A DNA stretch of 64,000 nt from Macrostomum lignano (Eukaryota): NCBI GenBank assembly GCA_002269645.1, contig NIVC01000195.1:434001-498000 (forward strand). Direction: 5' to 3'. The notes beneath the pieces are model-generated. The model was not told where the DNA came from, made no database searches, and saw only the letters and a list, made by a program, of their open reading frames with translations. Below, piece after piece: positions 36,774 through 47,708 of the stretch. Position 1 is the first letter of the stretch, and each line of letters starts with the position of its first letter. The translations under genes and the position numbers were made by a program.

Positions 36774-39074
36774 TAAATATAATATTTTACAGTTTGTTAT
36801 TTGCAAACTGTTCAAATTTGAAAATTTCTACTTAAAGAAACAAAGATAATCAGTCTACTATTTATTATAACAAGTCATCTAAAAAAAGAGTATAAGACTA
36901 TTGCAAAACATTATTTTGACAATTGGTAATGCCAAATATTGTGCTACTAAATTTTGTTTAAGTTGTAAGATTGTAAAAAATTGCATTTGGTTCAATTGTG
37001 CATCAAAAAAAGTTGCAATTTTCCATTTTATATGCTAGATGCAAGAATTCCATGCTGGCTCTTGGGTTCAATACTCAGTAACCTAGAAATTAAGATTTCT
37101 CTGGTTTCTAACCTAGTCATTTAAGCAGGATTGCGAGTTGGAAATACCATGTTGGATAGAAAAGGACATTTTGCCAGTGCAGTTAAGCAGGGATTGCCGA
37201 ACAAGTGTTTTGCTCAGTAAAAGAAAGGGCAGATTGCCCAGTAGAAAGGGAGGATTCCCAAGAAATAGATTCAGGCTATTGCAGCTAAGCGTGATGCAGT
37301 TTTAAGTTGTGAAAGACAGTACTAAAAGCCAGAAACCCCTTGGTAATGGTCTCTGTAACACCATGTTTGGACTGTATAGTTTAAGAGTTTAGTAGTAGTC
37401 AGCAGTGTCTTGCCACTTGGGCACTGAAGCTACCCAGGGTAATTCGTACCAACAATAGCCCATAGCGTATAAAGTACATGTAAGTATAAAAGTAGGATTT
37501 TTTAGAAATAATAGGCTTAATACATTTTCTTAGAATAGGATAGACGATTTCTAGTACAATTTGGTGAAGAAACTGCAGGAATAAATAGACAGAGGAATTA
37601 GGCTTGCAACAATTTGGTGACAAATCGGTGGGATATTATAAAATAGCGAAGGGGCCTAGAACAAAAAAATTATAAGAATGAATGAATGTGAGCAGTGATG
37701 CAATACTTACTGATTATAAAAAGCAGGAAGACAATACTTGCGAATGTTCGGGTCATACTGCTCAATTTTTAACTATAAAGTTAAATTTCCAAGTACTTAA
37801 AAAAAATTACTTAAAAATAGACGAGACTGAGACTTGTACAATAGTTTTTCTAGCTAGATCAAAATTTATTACTTGTAAAGAAAACAAGTTCAAGAGTAAA
37901 CAAACTTAAAAAGATATTGGCGTTTGCAAACGAAAAAACTTAGAGATTACTCTAAAATTAAAATCGTAGCAAACTTCAACTTACGTTGCTCTGACCAACT
38001 TAGATTTTCTATTGTGGTAATAAACAATTCTATGTGTTTGATAAGTTGTTTAAATGATAAAAATAGTTCAATCCGTAAATATATGCTAGAGTTTCATATT
38101 ACAGGTTATCATTTTTGCAAGAATCATACACTCGGCTATACACAACATGGCCGGCCTACTTTTTATTTTTAATGCAAAAGCAGGGCGCAAACAGGATGAT
38201 AAACCAGGGAGGCGGCCGATCCACTTCGCGGAAGACCTGGAAAAAATGAGATTGGGGATCGCCATGCCATCGACAAATACAAGCCCCTCCATTGAGTCCA
38301 CCTCCAGAATTTGCGCAATTTGTACAAAGATGATTGCTGATTCCGCTTACGACAAAAGCCAAGCACTTAAACTTTCTTGAATAACCCAACCAGGCCGCTA
38401 CTTGTGTATCTCTAAAATGCCAAAAGTACATGTACATGTATATAGCGGCCTAAATTTTGCAAAAATTCATTAAAATGTGTCTAGAAGCAAAAGGTTTTGT
38501 CCAAAACCTCATGAGTGTGCTTGATAATTAAAACGTTCAAAGGCATATAAATCGGATTGTACCAAAGGACGTACGTACCACTGTCTTACTACTAACACAC
38601 TACTGTAGTTATACATGTACACATGTACATGAAGACTGATTTTGTATATAAATTAGATTTTGCTTTAAAAATTGATATCTTTTACGAACCATAAAGGATC
38701 GCCTTTTTAAACCATAAAAAATTTAAACGTCAATGTCAATTATAGGCATACATGTAGCCCCGCTGTTATTTGTTATTGCGCTAAGATGTCAGGATTCATT
38801 GGGGGATTTGAGTTGTCGTGTCAAGACTCATGGGGGATTCCTGAGACTGAGATGAAAAAAGGTGCTCATGGGGGGTGGCTGCATGAGTTGTTAAAGCTCG
38901 TGGGAGAATTGGTGAGATGTAAGATCCATGGTGGGATTGTTGACATGCTTTAAATTCATAGCGGATTTTTTGCTTTCAACACCATTGTGTTTAAGAAACT
39001 AACAATAATGGTGACTAGAAGGTCAAGAGCTATACATGTAGTTTATTAAGTATACATGTATTTTTCAGTTTGTT

Positions 39075-39105
39075 GCCTCCCTAATGGGGGGACGTACATT
39101 GCCAG
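39075..39105 (+). mobile_element. Probable degenerate Helitron 3' terminus
   Basis: Hairpin tccc-taat-gggg(gga) followed by ~10 nt and CCAG|T; the upstream ~400 bp resembles the gatgtcaaggct/acatgtag tracts of the Helitrons at 59300-60300. Confidence 0.45.
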
Positions 39106-40023
39106 TACAAGGCACTAATCATCGAACTTTAAGACACTACTGCCTTTCCAACCAGTCCTTAACCTGAGGAGGACCTCGGGTTAAGTTTCAGTTCAGATCT
39201 GAGGTTCAGTTTTCAAAACGTATCCATCCGGACAGCTCCTAATGTCTTTTTCTAAGAAACTTGCCTAAGAAAGCAATCCATACAAGTTTGATGTCCCTTG
39301 ATTAACACGAAAGTTGACGCGAAAACCTGATGAGGTCCTGTGCGCCGCCGTCCGCCGATCTACACGTGGCCGAGTAATCAGCCCCTGGTATCCGACAGTC
39401 GAGGACACTCGAACATTAAACAGCTGGGCTGACCGGAGACCGTTGGCAAAGGCCAGCACACAGCAAATATTAATGCTGTCAGCTACCATTGGTATTTTGT
39501 TACTGTAGCGCTGCTTACCTTACGGTGTTTCGCTGATGAAAATGACCGACATGGACCGAGATTTACTCGTCGTAAACTAAACGCATCATAAATTCTGAAT
39601 ATCACAAACATATATTCTTGCTACATGCACCCGATTACTCAATTACTACGCCGGCTTATACTATTTTTCAATTAGTGTAACACGGCTGGCGAATTACAAG
39701 CCAAGAAATTCTATAAATACTTTATCAAAGTTAAACGTTAAAGTATAAAGCCAAAGCAATACAGACAATCAAATTTGATTTATGTCTAATAAGATAATTT
39801 TCTGTGCAATTTATTATTAGTAGCTACTAATCCTTCTCAGGGGGGACATTCCAGGTTGAAGAGGCGGTGGTGTCGGTATTGAGTTTAAAAGTACATTTAG
39901 AACTGTTCATATCATCATAGTTGTTGTTGGGGACGCTATAAACTCGCAGGTGGAGGGGCTGAGGCCTACAGTCAGAACTGGATGGCTATGAGCTACAGTG
40001 CAGAGTTGCGGTGCGCCTTGAAG

Positions 40024-40224
40024 TCACTCGTCATCATCCTCAGCCGGGCGGTAGCGGTGCTTGACGTGCTGCCAGAGCTTGCCGCGGTTGTGCCGATTCC
40101 AGAACCACTCCGAGGCGCCGTCGATGATGCGCTCGAAGGCGAATGCGCCGCAGGCGACGGCGAAGATGTAGGTTGAGGTGCGGCGAAACACCGGGTTGTA
40201 CAGCCTAGCCAGAATGCCGGACAT
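40024..40224 (-). CDS. UQCR10: Cytochrome b-c1 complex subunit 9 (QCR9)
   Basis: MSGILARLYNPVFRRTSTYIFAVACGAFAFERIIDGASEWFWNRHNRGKLWQHVKHRY matches the QCR9 signature (LY..+FRRTST+; FER..D; N.GKLW.H+K..Y); 66 aa; AATAAA (-) at 39810-39815. Confidence 0.93.
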   Translation of the reverse strand: MSGILARLYNPVFRRTSTYIFAVACGAFAFERIIDGASEWFWNRHNRGKLWQHVKHRYRPAEDDDE

Positions 40225-40284
40225 GTCTTGCTGGCTGAAATAGGCAGAGGGCAGCGACAAGATGAGCACTAGCGCCATGCTTGG

Positions 40285-40444
40285 GCGCAACCTTGGGATT
40301 CACCCGGCCGTTTCTATTGGCAACACACACACACATGTAAGTCGCTATTGGACGGAAGAGTAGTCACGTGACTGCTAACAGCCAATAGCGACTTACATGT
40401 GTGTGTTGCCAATAGAAACGGTCGAGTGATCCCCAAGGTTGCGC
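40285..40444. promoter_or_regulatory. 160-bp palindrome with central GTCACGTGAC upstream of UQCR10
   Basis: Arms 40285-40351 and 40382-40444 are near-perfect reverse complements; spacer holds CGGAAG and GTCACGTGAC (40363-40372). Regulatory role is inferred; could be a foldback MITE. Confidence 0.5.
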
Positions 40445-42728
40445 ATGTGTGATGTCTAGCGCCGCTCAGAGTGAGCAGTTAGAGCCAACAGCACTGCTAT
40501 TTGACTAAGAATCCTTGGGCACAGATACACCCTACCCTATGCATTGTGCATAAAATATAGCCACTTATGTCTAATTTAACTAAAGTAGAGTAGTGTATTC
40601 CTAATACCTTAATATTCTATTTAGTTAGAGTTGGCCATACACTTCAAATCTATGAATCCCCAGTGATTTACAGTCTTACCCTTTGACCTAGAAGCCAATC
40701 ACATGGCTTGCATGCTTTTTTGCATTTAGACATAACTATATATGGACACAAAAGGCCATATAGTAGCCTAACCATCTTATATATTAAAGCATCTACACTT
40801 AATTTCTGGTCAATGAAAAATAAAATTAAGTTAAGCAAGAAAAAATAGGTTTGTGATTATTTTGGGGCAGATGTAGGGGGGGGGGCACAAAGGTTATTAA
40901 CCCCCTATCAGTTCTGTGCATCCCAGGACCCAGATAAATGATTCCGTTTTTTGGATGTTATATAGAAAGACTAAATATGTTATAGTGCATCTGTAGCTAT
41001 TAAGAGTTTTAATAGAGCTGTTATCAATTACTTTGATGGTTGCCAATTTGTTGGACTTTTTTATACAATTGTATAGTTAAAATCAAAAGTTTAATAAAAT
41101 TTAGTTAAAAAATAATGCAACAAATTATATATACTTTCTACTTTCTTCTTTGATCATATAAATCATGAAAAAATAATTGAGTATTTTCTACAAAAATGCA
41201 ATGCATTAGCTAATCAAGTTGAAGCAGCCACAGGAATGCAACTTGAATCTAAAGGTCAGCTTCTACGGCTGCTGCCACACCCAGGTTGTTACAATAGTTA
41301 GCTATAGCCTCTGTAGCCAATCAAGTTTGGACTAGCATTTGACATCCTCTATAGTCTAGATGCAACTTTGCATAGCAGTCTAACTGCAAAAACAAGCTTG
41401 AATTGACTGACAATTATTGGCATCCAAACACTGAGAGTAATCTATTTCGAATAAGGCAAAGATCTAGCAAGAATTGTATCAATATTTATAGTTAACAGGG
41501 TAACCAAAGGACACTGGACACTTTTTGAAGTATCCATGGCTAGCATATTCTGACAAATATTCTGGACTTTTTTGTCACTTCTGTGTGAAACAATGGTACT
41601 AATATTAGCCCATTGGCGTAGTATTTGCTAACAAACTTTGGTGATCTAGGTGGTAGGCAGCCCTATAGAAGTATCATTCTTTAGCAAATGTATGGAGTTG
41701 ATTTTAAAGGTAGTTAATAGAATAACTTATCTTTTAAAGCAAACAATCTATAATAATCATCATTTTGTTATAGTCATAGATAATATATGACATAGTAAAT
41801 AAAGTGCATATAAAAAAAATTCAAATTTATTTTTTTACGAAACTTTGCTATAACAAATATTGAAGATAAGGCACATTTGGGGCATTGCATTAGAACTAAA
41901 CAAGATCATTCATAATCATACTTAGCCAATAATTTAAAACTTGAATCAATTACCAATTCTTTTAAATTTTATGTTTGCAGTAGTAAGTCTATTGTCTATA
42001 AACTTTACTTCATTTTTGGCCTTTATACATAGATCAAAAATTCCAAATTTAGACTTATTTCATATAATAATTCCTTTATTTTTTATTTAAGTGCTCATTC
42101 TTTCCTACATATAGGTCTTTTTTCTAATCTAAGGTGAACACAATGATAGGAATATTGAAATTTCTAGGCCTATCAGCAAGAATAATCTAGGTATTTTTTA
42201 TGAACTAATTTGGCCTGTGATAAGATTAAGAACACAAAACAAAATGATTTTAAGATTTAAAATCTTCATTACAATTATAGTAAATATCAATCAAATTGAA
42301 GTAATCCTTGGAATTTAGACAGGTATCTATGTCTTACCATAGTTTGGAAGGCAATATGTACATTGGGATTTCCTGGCATACAACAAGGGTCTTACCATTT
42401 TTCAGTATATATCAGGGTATATCCTAGCATACATGACACAGTAGATACATCAGATCTAGATACATTAGATACATACAGTAGATACATAGCAAAAAATTCC
42501 TAAGATTGAAACTAATATTAAAAACTGCTTTGAAAGTGAAAGCTCAAAAAATCTTACTAGCATAAATTAAAAATTATAAAGCTTGACTATAACTATAAAA
42601 GATAAACCTAGCAAAAATGATAGCTAATTTTAGTAGACAAGACAAATTAAAGTTTAAAGCACATATGAACAGTCAAAACATGTTAGGCCTAAAGTAATAT
42701 AATACTAATACTAGGCCTAATCCTATTA

Positions 42729-43013
42729 TTATCATTGACCCAATGCCAATGGCAAGGTGTAGGACCAAGACCGCCACACACCAAGACTGCCACACTTGGG
42801 GAGCTAAGGGAGAAATTTGAATTTATGTGTTATTAGATGGTGCTAGAGAGGAGATGAGTAGGTAGGAGAGCCAGCAGCGAGAAAAGAACCTATGAGAGGA
42901 ATAGCAATGCTAGAAGATTGGTAGCTCCCCCTCAATACCAGTAGCCAGTAATAGCTGTGGTGGTCTTGGTGTGTGGCGGTCTTAGTCATGCGCCAATGGC
43001 AATATCAATGATA
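42729..43013. mobile_element. MITE-like element with subterminal inverted repeats
   Basis: aagaccgccacacaccaagac (42767..) versus gtcttggtgtgtggcggtctt (42963..), extending outward through atcattga/tcaatgat. Confidence 0.6.
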
Positions 43014-43149
43014 TAATGATAAGGCTGGTTGTACTATGTAGATTCACTTTAAACTCTTATAGTTTGCTCCTAACTTCTAAGAAACTCCTATAAACTTGAA
43101 TCCTAGTCCATGACTATACCACACATTGCTGTCAATTCTAGGCCTAGCT

Positions 43150-43337
43150 CAGTGGCATAGGGAGGGGGGGGATCAGGGGGGGATGTATCCCCCCCCGAAG
43201 AGCCTGACCAAAACTTTTTTGTTGCACTTTTTCGCTATACATGCTACCATGTGAGCACTTTTACCTTGGTGTATCCCCCCCGTAGGAAATTCACCTTGGT
43301 GTATCCCCCCCGTAGGAAATTCCTGGCTACGCCCCTG
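43150..43337. mobile_element. hAT-type MITE with 8-bp TSD
   Basis: Termini CAGTGGCATAG / CTACGCCCCTG; perfect direct repeat GCCTAGCT on both flanks (43142-43149, 43338-43345); internal 39-bp duplication. Confidence 0.85.
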
Positions 43338-46300
43338 GCCTAGCTGCCTTGCTTAAGTGTTAAGAGTTAGAAAACATTAACTCTTGATTCCTAATTCTAC
43401 ATGTCATGGGCCCCCAAATATTCAGTGGTGGGTGTGTTATTACTTGATTACAAAACGACCATAAACATAATGGTAGGGCCTACCAAATTACAAATACAAT
43501 CGAATGCTTGTGTTGAGTTGTAGGCCTATATTTAGTTGAAATATGAAGCAATGAATGTACATGTATCAAGTGTTTTCTTGATTGCTATTTAGTTTTCCAG
43601 AAAAAAAGAAGTTTAAGTTGCGTTTAAAATAAAAGTACACGTTCTATCAATGCAGCATACATGATACATACAATGACTGTAAATCTGCCCGCTGACTTGT
43701 AATGTAAACTTGACATTGACATGACATGAGAATGCTAACTGGAACTTGAAGTATGATCGGGTAAGATGGTAATATTTAATATAACTACATATGTAAACAA
43801 TTTAATTAGCTTGAGTAAGGCATAAAAAAATTCTGATTTCTGAATGTACACTACACACCGCTTCTCTGTTAAGTTTACTCTGAGATTTCCATAATTTTCA
43901 AAGCGCAAACCAATGCCGACGATAATAACGTTACAGTTTGATAATTCTGTAATTAGAAGCAAATTTATTTTTTTAACTTTAATTCAGTTACTATTTCGTA
44001 GCTGTCATAACTATCTGCGTAAGTTTATTCCAGAGTTTTTTAATTGATCGTTTATAAGAGTTTGTTTAATTGCACTGTTTTCCAAGAAATCCTACTCATT
44101 TATGAACCAAGGACTTTATTTGAACGTGCAATTGTTGCACGTCTTAATTGTTGTTAAACGAGGGTGGGAAGCTGGGGGCTACCCGCGGATCAGCCTGAAA
44201 GGGGGCTCTGCCGCTGAGGGGCACTGTCAGGGGCCTAAAGCCCGAGATACCCACATGCTTGGGCCCCGACGTCCAGGCCAGGGGGAAATTTTGGTGCTAC
44301 TAGCCCAAACCTACGGTACAAGACACCGCCAACCCAAAAAGTGGAATCAGGGACGGTGCTAGGACCGAGTCCACCCAAGCCACCTGCACCCAACGACAAA
44401 ACCCGAGTGTGCGCGAAAAAAGAATTGGAATTTTTAAGAAGCAGTCCGAGAGTGGGGAGACCCCAAAGGCTATGGAAGAAAGCTTTTAGATTGGGGCGAG
44501 TCTGGACAGCTTATTTACCAGGGGCGAGTCTCCTGCCAGAAGGCGAACTTTGCAAATTCCTAATATGCAGGGCTGCAAACCTCAAGGCTTTTTCACCACA
44601 CCCAGCTCTAAACACTGTTTGGATAATATAAAGTCCGAGAGAGGGATTACCCTAGTCTCGGAAGGGCCAGCCAAGGGGGGGAGGGGGGCAAGAGGAAACC
44701 TGACTCAGCCGGTTTTACCCGATTCGGGACGAACATCCAGCCCAGGACTCCAATCCACTGTCAGTGATGAGAGCCTAGACACAATAAGCAGGGAGATAAC
44801 CAGAGGAGCCAGCAGATGGACCAAGGCAGGCAAGATGGACCGGGTAGGTAGGGCAGAGCTCATAACTCCGAGAATTGGAATTGGCATTCTAATGATCAAG
44901 ATAAAAATTGATAAAAGCATAAAAGCAAGGGGATAAAACCGCGCTGGGATGCCAGCCCAGAAAAAAAGAATGGCAGAAAGGAGGAGCACCTGAACCCTAA
45001 CCCGGGGCCAGCCTCAGTACTGGGCTATTTTTAGATGTGTACATCACCTCCGGTGAGGACTAGCTATTTGATTGGGCTAGCGAGTGCTAGGCCAATTGCA
45101 TGGATTGCGCACAACCCGAGAAATGCCGCCAGAGAGGCAGCCGGGGTAAAAACAGTCAGAGACCGTCTTTAGTCTTAACTAGCAATCAACGCCCCCCGTT
45201 GGGGAGCAAAAGAAATGCAATACACGTTTTTTAATAAGCTACATGTAGCTCAGCCTTGAAATCTGAAAAAATATCCTGTCAAACTTCTAACCCTAACCCT
45301 AACCATAACCCTTAATTTAATATTCTGTTCACGAGTTTTTGCATGATGCTTCCATGATTGTTTGCATGATGCTTCCATGATTGTTTGCATGATGCTTCCA
45401 TTATTTTTCACGACGCTTCCATTATTTCTATCTAAATCTAAATCTAAACCCTGGCTAACACCAACCCTAACACTAACCCTACAGCCTGACATTTGCATAA
45501 GTTTGTGAGCGCTTATGCACCAAATTTTTGTGAACAGAATATTCTTAATTAATGACGTGAGATATTTGAAGCTTTATTTATTTTCGCCATAGCACGTCAA
45601 TACAAAGAACGTGCATATACGCGTACCATTTAATACTTGCATACTTTGAGTGTAGGGTGATACGAAACTGCGTGAATTAATTCGCCGAACTAATAAACAT
45701 TTCTGTTAGTTTCACTATTATTATACACAGTACATGTACAAAATAACAGTTTTATTCAACTGAACTGTTACGAACTACAACAAATAAAGAAACAACAAAC
45801 GGTACGAGCTTTTAATTAGATTTTAAACAACCGAAAATTGACGTTCAAAATTGAAACAATAGTTAAACAAACGCACGTATTTATTCAAATGATATAATAT
45901 GAACTTCTGCTGCTAATAGCAGGTGAAAATTTAAAATAATGTAATAATTAATTAACAAAAGGATAGACTGTCGCTTCAGCAGATGGTGCCATCGACAAGC
46001 AGCCAGTATACGGTAGCTTTAGCAGTACAAAAATGTACATGTATATGCCATCCTGACTACCTGCCGACTCGCGTCACTGCTCAATTGCATGCATTGGGTG
46101 TAAGCAAAGGTAGAGACATTCATTCTCAAACCAAACATTAAGTCGCTCCGCTCTGCTTAAGGCTGCTACAGAGCTTGACTGCAAATGCTCCTTTTAGAGT
46201 CTGGAACCACAGGGTATATAGAGCAGCTCCTATACACCATTCACAAACTCTTTTAGCCCAGTTAAGATGCAGTCAACCTACTCTCAATGAGGGCTGCTTT

Positions 46301-46424
46301 ATAAACTCCAATTATACATACATGTTTCACCTGCTTATATATACCTGTACTATTATCTGTTTACTGACTGTATTTTATGGTCTGTTCAGTGACTGTATTA
46401 GTGACTGTATTATTGTCTGTTAGA

Positions 46425-47395
46425 GACTGTATTGTCTGTTTAGAGGCTGTATTGTCTGTTTAGAGGCTGTATTGTCTGTTTAGAGACTGTATTGTCTGTT
46501 TAGAGACCTTATTGTCTGTTTAGAGACTGTATTGTCTGTTTAGAGACTGTATTGTCTGTTTAGAGACTTTATTGTCTGTTTAGAGGCTGTATTGTCTGTT
46601 TAGAGGCTGTATTGTCTGTTAAGAGGCTGTAATGTCTGTTTAGAGGCTGTATTGTCTGTTTAGAGGCTGTATTGTCTGTTAAGAGGCTGTAATGTCTGTT
46701 TAGAGGCTGTAATGTCTGTTTAGAGGCTGTATTGTCTGTTAAGAGGCTGTAATGTCTGTTTAGAGGCTGTAATGTCTGTTTAGAGGCTGTATTGTCTGTT
46801 TAGAGGCTGTATTGTCTGTTAAGAGGCTGTAATGTCTGTTTAGAGGCTGTATTGTCTGTTTAGAGGCTGTAATGTCTGTTTAGAGACTGTATTGTCTGTT
46901 TAGAGACTGTATTGTCTGTTTAGAGGCTGTATTGTCTGTTTAGAGACTGTATTGTCTGTTTAGAGACTGTATTGTCTGTTTAGAGACTGTATTGTCTGTT
47001 TAGAGACTGTATTGTCTGTTTAGAGACTGTATTGTCTGTTTAGAGACTGTATTGTCTGTTTAGAGACTGTATTGCCTGTTTAGAGACTGTATTGTCTGTT
47101 TAGAGACTTTATTGTCTGTTTAGAGGCTGTATTGTCTGTTTAGAGGCTGTATTGTCTGTTAAGAGGCTGTAATGTCTGTTTAGAGGCTGTAATGTCTGTT
47201 TAGAGGCTGTATTGTCTGTTTAGAGGCTGTATTGTCTGTTAAGAGGCTGTAATGTCTGTTTAGAGGCTGTATTGTCTGTTTAGAGGCTGTAATGTCTGTT
47301 TAGAGGCTGTATTGTCTGTTTAGAGGCTGTATTGTCTGTTTAGAGGCTGTATTGTCTGTTTAGAGGCTGTATTATTGTCTGTTTAGAGACTGTCT
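46425..47395. repeat. 20-nt minisatellite (gagactgtattgtctgttta) in the Helitron 3' region
   Basis: About 48 tandem copies. Confidence 0.95.
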
Positions 47396-47708
47396 GCATA
47401 GTGACTGTATTATTGTCTGTTTGTACCTGTACTACTATCTGTTTAGTGACTGTATGATCAGTGGTCAGTGGCTGTAGTTTTGTCTGTTAAATGACTGTAT
47501 ATTATGTTCGTGTAAAACTGTTATAGATGAGTATAAGAAAGAACTTATGAAACATCCCTCGTAAATAGGATTTACTCAATGTACTCTCTCAGGGCTATCA
47601 GTTCATTGAGACTTCACGCGACTTTGATTTCATTCTCTACAGTCAGACGCCAGACACTTCTCAAACACATCTCTTGGACTTGAACTCACGAATAGCGTCC
47701 GAAATTGC

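Noticed and set aside
39324-39415. CTGATGA followed by a gtcct/aggac stem, a possible hammerhead ribozyme
   Set aside because: No correctly placed C-GAAA strand or stem III/NUH cleavage site.
39440-39489. MVADSINICCVLAFANG as the LAMP signal-peptide exon
   Set aside because: Phase fits, but the donor (GTCTCC) is poor and the hydrophobic core is weak; unsupported without transcripts.
40225-40290. In-frame upstream ATG giving a signal-peptide-like extension to QCR9
   Set aside because: A good acceptor (TTTCAG) lies 10 nt before the conserved ATG, and QCR9 orthologs begin there.
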